IMG/VR virus record: IMGVR_UViG_3300009164_000062
Length of the DNA: 64,000 nucleotides
Reading direction: 5' to 3' (one strand)
DNA from: an uncultured virus (IMG/VR IMGVR_UViG_3300009164_000062)
Lineage: Duplodnaviria > Heunggongvirae > Uroviricota > Caudoviricetes
The position numbers were made by a program, and so were the translations under genes. Each line of letters opens with the position of its first letter. Within the stretch, counting starts at the first letter, position 1. Positions 9,835 through 18,818 of this stretch are shown here, in pieces. The notes under the pieces were generated by a model, which was not told where the DNA came from, made no database searches, and was given only the letters and a program-made list of their open reading frames with translations.

Positions 9835-10273
9835 AGAAGAACTTTGTTCTTCTAAGAACTCGCTATCGCTCGTTCTTATTTTTACGGTTATATATTCTTT
9901 ATAACTTTTTATATCTAATTATACTATCGGATATATCATGCCGATTAGAAGCCATGGTAGTGCTATTTAAGCACTACCAATGGTGACATGCCACGACCGT
10001 CATCCTAGCCATCTTTACCCGAACAATCAACGTCTTTGTGTCATTGTTCGCCACCGGTTGCCCTGTAAGGTTTGCTGGTCTGTAGTTGAATTACGCACTC
10101 TAGTGTTTCATTCTGCAACGCATGTTCTATAGCATCAAAATGGAGTAGCTATAGACTCATTGAGGGTTCGCTTTGACGAGAGCCCTCTCGGTGTTCCATG
10201 TTATTACTAACATGCATACTCCAGAATCTGACGGCACAGCACAATCTGTACAATCTCAAGGAGGACTGACAAC
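9835..10273 (-). ncRNA. Candidate structured non-coding element (ncRNA or origin)
   Basis: No credible ORF. At least 7 inverted repeats: 9835-9853, 9853-9878, 9952-9983, 10020-10050, 10127-10154, 10162-10187, 10197-10214. Visibly more GC-rich than flanking DNA from ~9950 on. Confidence 0.45.
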
Positions 10274-10846
10274 TCAGCCGGCTAATTGTTCTATGTTATC
10301 ACTAATTTTTATATTGAGATTTGACTTGGTGTCTGTTGTTGTGCCTGAATATATTTTTACTAATTCTGCATTATGTTTGAAAAAACTAGCATGTTCTAAG
10401 ATTACCCAATCACCGTATGTTGGACTGCTATAAAGTAAGCATGTATCTGCTTTCCATGTTAGCTTCCCCTGTACAGCGACATATTGACCTTTACGATTAA
10501 ATTTCATAAAAAGAATATTTAAATCATCAGTGTCTTCTACTTCTAATAACTGCGCTAGCCACGAATCAAGTTGTTTGCATTCACCTGTGAGTAACAGATG
10601 CCACGGGAAGTCCGCATAGAACTTACACTCTGCATTCATTTTGCTGAAACTCTCTCCTGGAACAATATCGCCCTTGAAAGAACGAATTTGCCCCTCATGT
10701 AAGAATTGAGTTCTGGCTTGATTCTTACCACCCACATATGCACCAGACCCAGGAGCACGAATGAAACTCTCACCGTACAACTCTGAGAGAAATTTTGCAA
10801 CTTCTCTTTCATATCCTGAACCTTTTGCTTTTTGTGGACTTGGCAT
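10274..10846 (-). CDS. Holliday junction resolvase-like PD-(D/E)xK nuclease
   Basis: KAKGSGYEREVAKFL, R.PGSGA, GDI, ECK motifs. Confidence 0.75.
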   Translation of the reverse strand: MPSPQKAKGSGYEREVAKFLSELYGESFIRAPGSGAYVGGKNQARTQFLHEGQIRSFKGDIVPGESFSKMNAECKFYADFPWHLLLTGECKQLDSWLAQLLEVEDTDDLNILFMKFNRKGQYVAVQGKLTWKADTCLLYSSPTYGDWVILEHASFFKHNAELVKIYSGTTTDTKSNLNIKISDNIEQLAG

Positions 10847-10851
10847 ATTCT

Positions 10852-10859
10852 TACTTATC
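10852..10859 (-). promoter_or_regulatory. Late promoter variant GATAAGTA
   Basis: 5 nt upstream of the resolvase ATG; overlaps the hldD stop. Confidence 0.45.
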
Positions 10860-11661
10860 TAGTATTTCTTGATTCCAAAAATTCTTCAATTGAGATCCAT
10901 TTTTGAGGCCCTAGTACACTTTCTAACTTTGTATTATCACTGCAAGTTAGTTCCTGATAGCTATATTTCACTTCTTCAGGTATGGGAATGTGTTCTTGCT
11001 TACTAGAAATTAAGTCCGCAACTTGTTGAAAACTATAGGGTTTTCCGGTTCCTACATTAAAAATACCTGATTTTTTAACACTTTTGATGAAGTCAACATG
11101 TACTCTACATACATCTGTAACACAGATAAAATCTCGAAAATACTTGGTTGAACCCTCAAACAACTTGATAGTTTCTTGTTGTCTAAACTTTGAAATAGGA
11201 CTAGCTTGATTACCTTTGTGTTCTTCTCCGTCACCGTAAACGTTAAAATATCTAAATCCGTGAACAATATTTCCACCTTGGTGTGTTCTGTGGTGTCTCT
11301 CTACAAGATACTTGCTCCATGCATACGGAGTCTTTGGATCGGGAGTTGCATCCTCAGTAAAATCTGTGCCAAATCCATATACACTTGCACTACTGGAATA
11401 TTGTAAATTTACCCCGTACGTCTTACAAGCATCAAACAGTTGCCTACTAAAATCAAAGTTTTGGACCATGATTTTATCAATATCACGTTCAGTAGTTGAA
11501 CTGATGGCTCCTAAATGTAGCACCCAATCTTGGTCCATGATTGATGGTAATATCCCACTACTCCAGTCGTAAGTGTCAACTTCCCAATCTGTATTGTCTT
11601 CTATATACTTTATAAGATTTTTTCCTATAAACCCTTTACTTCCAGTCACTAAAAGTTTCAT
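10855..11661 (-). CDS. hldD: ADP-L-glycero-D-manno-heptose 6-epimerase-like (extended SDR)
   Basis: MKLLVTGSKGFIG, HLGAISSTTE, YSSSASVYG, YAWSK, GFRYFNVYG..EEHKGNQAS; start set at ATG 11661. Confidence 0.85.
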   Translation of the reverse strand: MKLLVTGSKGFIGKNLIKYIEDNTDWEVDTYDWSSGILPSIMDQDWVLHLGAISSTTERDIDKIMVQNFDFSRQLFDACKTYGVNLQYSSSASVYGFGTDFTEDATPDPKTPYAWSKYLVERHHRTHQGGNIVHGFRYFNVYGDGEEHKGNQASPISKFRQQETIKLFEGSTKYFRDFICVTDVCRVHVDFIKSVKKSGIFNVGTGKPYSFQQVADLISSKQEHIPIPEEVKYSYQELTCSDNTKLESVLGPQKWISIEEFLESRNTR

Positions 11662-11950
11662 CAAAATATGCCTCACAGTTTATTGCTTTGTCATCAATCC
11701 AAATATCATACGTTGGCTTATGCATAAGCAAACGTGTATACTTTACTTGCCAGTTAAAGAACTGTTGGGTAGTTAAAGTAGTCCAATCGATTCCGGTATT
11801 GCCTCCCCTAGCTGTCCAATAATGTATCTCATGCCCCTCGTCAAACAATTTATTAAAATGATTAATCCGGTCTACGAATGGAACAGCACTCTGGTAATCA
11901 CCGTTAGTATTATTACATATAGTACCGTCGATGTCAATTATATATTTCAT
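11636..11950 (-). CDS. Small HAD-family phosphatase (possible GmhB functional analogue)
   Basis: DIDGT motif I, WTARG motif II, KP..D..IDDKA motifs III/IV. Confidence 0.75.
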   Translation of the reverse strand: MKYIIDIDGTICNNTNGDYQSAVPFVDRINHFNKLFDEGHEIHYWTARGGNTGIDWTTLTTQQFFNWQVKYTRLLMHKPTYDIWIDDKAINCEAYFDETFSDWK

Positions 11951-12702
11951 TTTATTTCCTCTAGTCTAGGTGCGTACACGCCCACATGTTGTACTGTTAT
12001 TGCAGCCGCCTTAATTGCAAACTTTATTGCATCGGGTATGTGATTTGTTTGCAAAAACTTATATACAAGCGCAGCCAAAAATGTATCACCTGCACCGCAT
12101 ACGTCAGTTACATCGCCTGCAATTTCTGCAGGATATACCCAACCATTCCATTCTGCACCATGCCCGCCGTGTGTAACAATTAAATGTTCTGGGTCGGGAA
12201 AACTTGTTGCACGACTTTTTTCTAATGCATTGATCTTTATATAACAACCTGATAGTCTAGCTAGGTCTGTTTTCTTTGTATCAACAAAGACAGGCACGTT
12301 TACTTCTTTGATCAATTCTTCTATCAATTCATAACTTACACTACCTTTGTTGTAGTCGCTGATAACCACAGCATCATACATAGGTGGTATGGCTGTTTCA
12401 AATGTAATAGACTTGCTTTCAACATCATGGTCTATACGTAGTAGCTGTTGTTTAGTACGTTCATCAATCAATCGATTCTTTTTGCTTGTTGCACCATGTA
12501 AAAATCTGACAGTGCATCCTAGTGCTTCTAGGTTCTTGCAGACATTACCAGCCATACCATCTTTGTTGATAGTATAATGCGGTTCAAATACAGGAACAGG
12601 TGCTTCGGGACTGATGCGATTTACATATCCGTATGTGTACACATCGTCACATGCATCACCGATTAATAATATGTTCAATTTTTTCTGTTGTTGAGTATCC
12701 AT
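11947..12702 (-). CDS. rfaE1: Heptose-7-phosphate kinase (HldE/RfaE domain I, PfkB family)
   Basis: RISPEAPVPV, GMAGNV..NL, QQLLRID, ISDYNKG, DVCGAGDTF. Confidence 0.88.
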   Translation of the reverse strand: MDTQQQKKLNILLIGDACDDVYTYGYVNRISPEAPVPVFEPHYTINKDGMAGNVCKNLEALGCTVRFLHGATSKKNRLIDERTKQQLLRIDHDVESKSITFETAIPPMYDAVVISDYNKGSVSYELIEELIKEVNVPVFVDTKKTDLARLSGCYIKINALEKSRATSFPDPEHLIVTHGGHGAEWNGWVYPAEIAGDVTDVCGAGDTFLAALVYKFLQTNHIPDAIKFAIKAAAITVQHVGVYAPRLEEIK

Positions 12703-13048
12703 GTAATCTTTCGAAAAAAACTATTTCTTTGCATATATCTTGACCAACTATATGCTTACCTTTATAATCTGAACCTTTAACCATAATATCACATTCTTGT
12801 ATAAGGTTTATTAAATCAGTATCAGTATCAAATACCAATACTTCGTCTACACTCTTAAGAGCATTGAGTAATGTACTTCGTTCAAGTTCAGAATTTATAG
12901 GTCTACTAGAACCCTTTAGCATTCTAACTCTTTCATCGCTATCGATCCCTACAGTTAACGTATCCCCTAAACTCTTTGCATAATTAAGCAAGGCAATATG
13001 TCCGGTATGCAGTATATCAAATGTTCCGTTGACAAATATTTTTTTCAT
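12656..13048 (-). CDS. rfaE2: Heptose-1-phosphate nucleotidyltransferase (HldE/RfaE domain II)
   Basis: NGTFDILHTGH, VGIDSD..V..LKG..RPIN, VKGSDY, GYSTT. Confidence 0.88.
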   Translation of the reverse strand: MKKIFVNGTFDILHTGHIALLNYAKSLGDTLTVGIDSDERVRMLKGSSRPINSELERSTLLNALKSVDEVLVFDTDTDLINLIQECDIMVKGSDYKGKHIVGQDICKEIVFFERLHGYSTTEKIEHIINR

Positions 13049-15117
13049 TCTATATCCACTGCTGTGTTATATGTTGTAAATCCGTTTTCTTTTACAACTT
13101 TTAATACACTAGGAACACGCCCTGCTAGTTCTTCCCTATGACTAACGAGCCAAATAGATTTCTGTCTCTTACGTGACATATCTTTAAGAATAGCAATAGC
13201 GTTTTCAACACCCATTGTGTCTAGCCCACTGTCAATCAATTCATCAATAAACAATGTATTAATTGGAGAATATAAGTTCTCCCATACATCACGAAAAGCA
13301 AAACTCAATCCTAATATCAACCGATTACGTTCACCACGACTTAAGTTATCAAAGTCAAGTTCACGACCCAACTCTGTAATCTCAACGTTCAAATCATTTT
13401 GAAAGATAACTTGATGAGGTAAGCCAATCTTGTCTAAGTAATGTGTCAACCGACTATTCAAGTATGACAGATTCTGGTCAATGATTTTCTTACGAACAAA
13501 GCTATCCTTACTAGTTAAAATATCTAACAAGAACTTTTGATGTTCCATAGTCTTAGTTAGTTTGTTAATTGCTTCAAAGTCAATTGCTTGTAACGCATTA
13601 CTTTCCATCTCAACTACTTGTTCAGCATATGGGTCAGACTCAACTGCTTTTGTTTCAATCTGTTGTAATAACCCAGATACTTTACTACGATGTTCAATTG
13701 CATGTGCTTCTGTATCATAGTGAGTAACTGGCACGGGACCTACTTCGACTATAGTAAGTTCTGATAGTTGTTCAGCGTATGGATCAACTTCTTTTTCTTT
13801 TTTAAGAATATTGGTACGAATATTTTCTGCTTCACTACCATGACGAATTGCTTCTGCTTCTGTTTTGTAATGTGTCTTTGGCTTATCACCCAACACAATA
13901 TCTTTATCATTTAATTCTTTAAGTTGATTCAATAACGTAGTGACATGAAACTGTGCATCTTCTAGCATCTTTTCTTTGTCTTCTAGAACCTTAGCATGTT
14001 GCTCATCATGGAAGTCTTGCCCGCAAGCATAACATTGATGTGCTAACAACTTTAAGATTTCAACATTTAACTTTTCAATTAACTTGTTTTCTTTATCAAT
14101 GTCCTTATTGATTCGGGTGACTTCTTTATCCCTATCTGCAATTTCTTTTAACTTGTTGTTGTATTCAGTTAATGCTCTATGTGCTAGTATTTCTTGAACA
14201 ATATCAATATGACTCATTTTGATAATAGTTGCTTCTAAATCAAATATGTCTTTATCTTGTTTTTGCTTCCATGCGGTTTGCCGAGCCAACAATGCATCAT
14301 ATGTATCTTTTTGTTTTTTCTTGACATTATAAATGGCTAGGTCTTTGTGTGCTAATAGTTCTTTTTCAATATCAATCTTTGAAAGGTCATCGTATTGTGC
14401 AACTAAGTAAGCTAAGTCACTTTCATGTTTCTTTTGCCAAAGACCTTGTCTACGTTTTAAACTTTCAATTTGTTCTTTTACTCGCTTATTGGCTTCCTCA
14501 ATCGCTTTGACTTTGAATTCCTCACCTTGAATAGCATCTTTGGTATCTTTCAACAATACCTTAATTGTCTCTGCTTTCTCAGACAACAATGTGATACCTA
14601 ACAACTGTTCAATGATTTCACGTTGTTCGTTTGCTTTAAGCGCCAAAAATGGTTCGCTATATGTATTCAATGCTACAATGTGACGGAACATGCTACTAGA
14701 CATACACAGCACTTTTTCAATTGCTATCTGTGTTTCTTTGTTCTCGCCCTGTGCATCGTCTGTACCTTTTTGTAAATCACTGTTTACATAAAACCTCAAT
14801 AGATTCGGCTTACGACCACGTTCAATCTTGTAGTCAATGCCATTCGCACTAAATTCAAGAGTAACTAACATGCCTTTTCCATTTGTACGATTAACTAAAT
14901 TATCTTTTCTGATACTGTTAATGGGCACACCAAACAATGCGTAACTTAGACCTTGAATAAGACTAGTCTTACCTGTACCATTACGAGCACCATCACCACC
15001 TAAGTCTAAGTTCTCACCTAGAATAAGTGTTAAGTCTTGTCGGTTAAAGTCAACTGCTTGTGTGACTTGGCCAATTGATAGAAAGTTTCGTAATGTAATG
15101 TTCTTTAATGTTATCAT
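13045..15117 (-). CDS. gp46: Recombination endonuclease ATPase subunit (gp46/SbcC/Rad50)
   Basis: NFLSIG, Walker A NGTGKTS, zinc hook CYAC, signature LSRGE, Walker B LFIDE, VSH. Confidence 0.95.
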   Translation of the reverse strand: MITLKNITLRNFLSIGQVTQAVDFNRQDLTLILGENLDLGGDGARNGTGKTSLIQGLSYALFGVPINSIRKDNLVNRTNGKGMLVTLEFSANGIDYKIERGRKPNLLRFYVNSDLQKGTDDAQGENKETQIAIEKVLCMSSSMFRHIVALNTYSEPFLALKANEQREIIEQLLGITLLSEKAETIKVLLKDTKDAIQGEEFKVKAIEEANKRVKEQIESLKRRQGLWQKKHESDLAYLVAQYDDLSKIDIEKELLAHKDLAIYNVKKKQKDTYDALLARQTAWKQKQDKDIFDLEATIIKMSHIDIVQEILAHRALTEYNNKLKEIADRDKEVTRINKDIDKENKLIEKLNVEILKLLAHQCYACGQDFHDEQHAKVLEDKEKMLEDAQFHVTTLLNQLKELNDKDIVLGDKPKTHYKTEAEAIRHGSEAENIRTNILKKEKEVDPYAEQLSELTIVEVGPVPVTHYDTEAHAIEHRSKVSGLLQQIETKAVESDPYAEQVVEMESNALQAIDFEAINKLTKTMEHQKFLLDILTSKDSFVRKKIIDQNLSYLNSRLTHYLDKIGLPHQVIFQNDLNVEITELGRELDFDNLSRGERNRLILGLSFAFRDVWENLYSPINTLFIDELIDSGLDTMGVENAIAILKDMSRKRQKSIWLVSHREELAGRVPSVLKVVKENGFTTYNTAVDIE

Positions 15118-15335
15118 TTTAATTTTCTAAAAAAACTGTCTTTGGATGATTTCTCAGCCTGCAATGTTCGTTCTATTATACCTTCTAATTTCAGTTTAAC
15201 TGAAATCAAAGTCTTTTGTTCTCTTAAACTACCCAGATAGGAATGAGTGTTAGTTAACTCAGACAAAGCAATACCCAAATGTTTGTTTACCTTCATTAAC
15301 GATTCTAACTCTCTTACTTCTCTGGGTATCTTCAT
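15114..15335 (-). CDS. Hypothetical protein
   Basis: 73 aa, 4-nt overlaps with both gp47 and gp46. Confidence 0.6.
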   Translation of the reverse strand: MKIPREVRELESLMKVNKHLGIALSELTNTHSYLGSLREQKTLISVKLKLEGIIERTLQAEKSSKDSFFRKLK

Positions 15336-16345
15336 AGGTTATTGTAAATCTCTAACAAAATTCGTTTATCAAATGTGTTTGACTCAATACTGTTAATCTG
15401 GTCAATGACAATCTGGTCCACACTTTCAAACTTTAAGCCACCGTTAGCCGCTTGCTCTACTTGTTCAACTTTCATGGGTATCAATGCCATTTCACGTAGT
15501 TTATGTTCTGGAATAAGTGTCTCCCTAATGAAGTTTGCTTCTTCATAACTGATATCAATGTCAAGATGTACTCTAACATGACTGTCAGGTAATAGCAATC
15601 CTTTAGGATTTTCTAGTATGTCACTGAGTTTATAAACTCTATACATGGGTTGCCCAGGCCAACTACGAAATACAGGGTCTTGTCCCCATTCTAATATCAT
15701 CATACCACGTGCATCATCACCTGCATCTGCATAGTTATGTGGGAAAGCATTTCCTGTATACCAAACATTTTTCTTTGCTTGTCGTTTATGAAAATGACCG
15801 CTGAACACAGTATCAAATCCTGTCATATGGTCAGCACTAATCTCACCATGATCGGGCATCTCTACCATAGCATTCATAAAAAAGTTTGGTAGTTCAAAAT
15901 GACCAAACATATATTTGCCACTTAGTTTTTGAATCTTTTTGTAATCATCTTGTACAAGCCAGGGTGCAATAACTACATCATCTCTAATAAACCAATCATT
16001 GACAATAGTGACGTTGGGCAAATGCCTAGCCCACTCTACACTGTGAATATCTCGCTTGTCTCTGTAATAAAGGTCGTGATTGCCTGGTATAAAATATACT
16101 TGGTCAAATGCCTTATTGAGTTTTTCTAATGCTTGCAAACCAAACTGTAATGTATGAATATTAATACTTGCACGATGATGGTTATAATCGCCCAAGAAAA
16201 AACAAGTCTCACAGTTTTCTTTTTTTGCCTCAGCAATGAACCAATCTACAAAATTGGAACAGTCTTGATTGTGTTGTAAGCTGTTGCTCTTTAAACCGAA
16301 GTGAATGTCAGTAAAGGTTGCGGCTTTCTTAAAAAGGTTAGTCAT
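15332..16345 (-). CDS. gp47: Recombination endonuclease nuclease subunit (gp47/SbcD/Mre11)
   Basis: TDIHFG, GD, GNHD, GHFE, SGHFH metallophosphoesterase motifs. Confidence 0.95.
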   Translation of the reverse strand: MTNLFKKAATFTDIHFGLKSNSLQHNQDCSNFVDWFIAEAKKENCETCFFLGDYNHHRASINIHTLQFGLQALEKLNKAFDQVYFIPGNHDLYYRDKRDIHSVEWARHLPNVTIVNDWFIRDDVVIAPWLVQDDYKKIQKLSGKYMFGHFELPNFFMNAMVEMPDHGEISADHMTGFDTVFSGHFHKRQAKKNVWYTGNAFPHNYADAGDDARGMMILEWGQDPVFRSWPGQPMYRVYKLSDILENPKGLLLPDSHVRVHLDIDISYEEANFIRETLIPEHKLREMALIPMKVEQVEQAANGGLKFESVDQIVIDQINSIESNTFDKRILLEIYNNL

Positions 16346-16351
16346 CTATTG

Positions 16352-16380
16352 ATTATATAGGAGATGGTGTCGCAAAGCAA
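16352..16380 (-). promoter_or_regulatory. Sigma70-type promoter for gp47
   Basis: TTGCTT-17 nt-TATAAT, with the -10 ending 6 nt before the ATG. Confidence 0.65.
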
Positions 16381-16394
16381 CACTGTCGGTTAAA

Positions 16395-17294
16395 TTATTC
16401 TTCGTACATTGTGGAACTAGAACTTTGTCTAGACCACGATGGGTTAAGTCCATTGATTTCTAAAATGTCATCCCGTATGTTTTGATTGCGCTTTTCTGTG
16501 TTCAGTACACGGCAAAAGCTATTAGTAATAGCGGCTGTGTAGTAAGCGAATGGGTTTGCACTTTTGGCTTCATTGAATCTTAATCCAACATATGTAAGTT
16601 GAAGAATGGCACTATTACGCATTTCATCATTGTATGTATAACCACGCCAATTGAATTTCATAGCGTATTTTTCACACATCATAATGTACATCCGGGCGAG
16701 TTTGTTAGTAATATTGCCTTGGTCTTTACTAAACTCACCGTTTTCTAAATCACCTATCCAATGACTTTTGCCGATACATTGAAATGTATTTGTCTTGTCA
16801 ATGCGGAAGTGTTGGAAGGGAGGGAAGTTAACTTTGACATGAACCATATCGTCAATTTCAGCTTTGGTAACTATGTCTTCTAGTTCGGCAAATAGTTCAT
16901 CGGTTTCATCTTCAAATTCTAAAATGTCTTTAGCTGATTTCTTTTTATCTGATTTTCTGGGTTGCTTGGGTGCAACCGGAACATGATCCCAAGTCATCAC
17001 ACGATATACTAAATCAGTGATTGGGATGCTTGTTGGGTCAGTAGTACCTTTCCCAAGTTCTTGTTCTAAATCTATTCGTATTGCCCTAGTTTCTTGGGCT
17101 AATTGAATGTTTTCAGGTTTTAACGCATATTCTAAACTCTTTTCAATGGTCTCTGTGGGCATGTCAACGATGAAATCGTATCTATGATCCTCAGGGGTTA
17201 AAAATGAACAATATGAGTTTTTACTTGAATGAATTTCTTTTAAAATATCCTTATTATTAAGATAGTTTACAGGTTTTTTGACAGCTATAGACAT
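16395..17294 (-). CDS. gp55: Late-transcription sigma factor (gp55-like)
   Basis: YLNNKDILKEI N-terminus; NWRGYTYNDEM, F...KSANPFAYYT, F.R.LN.EK; adjacent to gp47 as in T4-like phages. Confidence 0.85.
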   Translation of the reverse strand: MSIAVKKPVNYLNNKDILKEIHSSKNSYCSFLTPEDHRYDFIVDMPTETIEKSLEYALKPENIQLAQETRAIRIDLEQELGKGTTDPTSIPITDLVYRVMTWDHVPVAPKQPRKSDKKKSAKDILEFEDETDELFAELEDIVTKAEIDDMVHVKVNFPPFQHFRIDKTNTFQCIGKSHWIGDLENGEFSKDQGNITNKLARMYIMMCEKYAMKFNWRGYTYNDEMRNSAILQLTYVGLRFNEAKSANPFAYYTAAITNSFCRVLNTEKRNQNIRDDILEINGLNPSWSRQSSSSTMYEE

Positions 17295-17319
17295 AATTCT
17301 CCGTTGTTATGATGTACTG

Positions 17320-17348
17320 ATTGTAACACATTAGTTGCAGAAGTGCAA
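17320..17348 (-). promoter_or_regulatory. Sigma70-type promoter for gp55
   Basis: TTGCAC-17 nt-TACAAT, followed by a GGAG RBS. Confidence 0.65.
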
Positions 17349-17391
17349 CAGTTTCAGAGTGGAAAAGGTAAAATCACCGCTTTTTAATAGC

Positions 17392-17399
17392 GATAAATA
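17392..17399 (+). promoter_or_regulatory. Late promoter box GATAAATA (start of baseplate operon)
   Basis: Upstream of ATG 17421; context (TTTTTAATA..GATAAATATAT) nearly the same as at 25400. Confidence 0.65.
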
Positions 17400-17420
17400 T
17401 ATTTAGTATAGGAATAACCA

Positions 17421-18518
17421 ATGGCTTTTGAATTCTCAGAGGAACAACTAAAATTTTTAGGTAAAGCGGATAAGACTGATCCGTATATATTGTCACGGAT
17501 GCCCGGTGAAAAACCACCACTGAGTTATTTTACAAACCCATCAGATTTGACAATAGCTAAACGATTTTCACAATTTCAAAATGATATAGATCCGCCAAAA
17601 ACAGAGCAAAAAGCGGTAACGGAAGAACCAACAACAGCCGGACTCACCAGAGGGCTTAACACAAAATCCACGGACGAATCCGCAGATAAAAATCAAAATT
17701 TGTCTACTGGTAATAATGCCGAACCACCTGGACCTATTGATTGGAGAGTTAAACTTTCTCTTTCTAATAATTCTAGCTGGTTATATAACGCACCGGATGC
17801 ATACTTGCTAAAACCCTTAATTAATACTAATGGAGTTATTTTCCCCTACACCCCAACAATACAAATGGGATACAAAGCTAATTATGATAGCCCTGATATC
17901 ACGCATACAAACTATAAATTGAATTTTTATAGAAATAGTTATGTAGACGATCTTACTCTTACCGCTGAATTTACGGCACAAGATACAGTTGAGGCCAATT
18001 ATTTATTTGCGGTAATGCACTTTTTTAAATCAGCTACTAAAATGTTTTATGGTGATGACAAAGACCCGATGGCTGGTACACCTCCTCCGTTATTGTTCTT
18101 ATCTGGGTACGGCAAAGATCAGTTCAAAGACATGCCATTGTTACTGAGTAGTTTTACATATACTCTTCCCAATGATGTAGATTATGTTAGAACAAATACT
18201 GATACAACTTGGTCAGGTACAAGTATCACAAGACAAGAATCTAGTTCAAAACAAGAACCGGCTAAGTCTCCGGTAAGAGATTTTTTAAACTCAGTAAAAA
18301 CACGATTAAGTTCAAACGGATTAAAACCTGGGGCAGAAAAAACACCCCCAAAATTACAATCAACTAGTAAGAACCTTAATAATAATAATTCATCGTTTGT
18401 ACCTACCAAGATTCAACTTAGTTTAACATTAAAACCAGTAGTCACACGTAGAATAATGAGTACTACTTTTAGTTTAAAAGAATATGCTAGGGGTAGTGAA
18501 TTGAAAGGAATGTGGTAA
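17421..18518 (+). CDS. Baseplate / tail-tube initiator-like structural protein
   Basis: DWRVKLSL, GVIFPYTPTI, GTPPPLLFLSGYG, VPTKIQLSLTLKP; first gene of the baseplate operon. Confidence 0.55.
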   Translation: MAFEFSEEQLKFLGKADKTDPYILSRMPGEKPPLSYFTNPSDLTIAKRFSQFQNDIDPPKTEQKAVTEEPTTAGLTRGLNTKSTDESADKNQNLSTGNNAEPPGPIDWRVKLSLSNNSSWLYNAPDAYLLKPLINTNGVIFPYTPTIQMGYKANYDSPDITHTNYKLNFYRNSYVDDLTLTAEFTAQDTVEANYLFAVMHFFKSATKMFYGDDKDPMAGTPPPLLFLSGYGKDQFKDMPLLLSSFTYTLPNDVDYVRTNTDTTWSGTSITRQESSSKQEPAKSPVRDFLNSVKTRLSSNGLKPGAEKTPPKLQSTSKNLNNNNSSFVPTKIQLSLTLKPVVTRRIMSTTFSLKEYARGSELKGMW

Positions 18519-18817
18519 TGAGTTATACTAAATCAAGCCCGTATTATCTTTCAACTATTCAGAATAAACAATTTTTGGATGTGATGATTAATAGACCTAT
18601 ACCTGCTGTAGAAACAGATGAATATTGGGAAATAACACAAACATATAATTTACGACCTGATTTATTAGCGCATGACTTGTATTCTGATAGTAAACTGTGG
18701 TGGGTGTTTGCACAAAGAAATCCAAATAGACTTAAAGATCCTTTGTTTGATTTTGTTGCCGGAACATATATTTACTTACCTAAAATCTCTACTCTGAACC
18801 AAGCGTTAGGATTATAA
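18518..18817 (+). CDS. gp53: Baseplate wedge subunit (gp53/LysM-like)
   Basis: RPDLLAHDLY..SKLWWVFAQRN...G..IYLP; TAATG overlap with the upstream gene. Confidence 0.75.
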   Translation: MSYTKSSPYYLSTIQNKQFLDVMINRPIPAVETDEYWEITQTYNLRPDLLAHDLYSDSKLWWVFAQRNPNRLKDPLFDFVAGTYIYLPKISTLNQALGL

Positions 18818-18818
18818 G

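Noticed and set aside
9835..10273. tRNA, tmRNA or group I intron
   Set aside because: No cloverleaf/T-loop or recognisable intron core found by eye, and no interrupted gene; kept only as an unclassified structured element
10173..10433. 86-aa plus-strand ORF
   Set aside because: Antisense to the resolvase, TTG start, no RBS, overlaps the hairpin region
1..17294. Inteins or homing endonucleases in capsid, portal, gp46 or gp47
   Set aside because: No intein splice motifs or LAGLIDADG/HNH/GIY-YIG ORFs seen; the extra length of gp46 is explained by coiled-coil repeats
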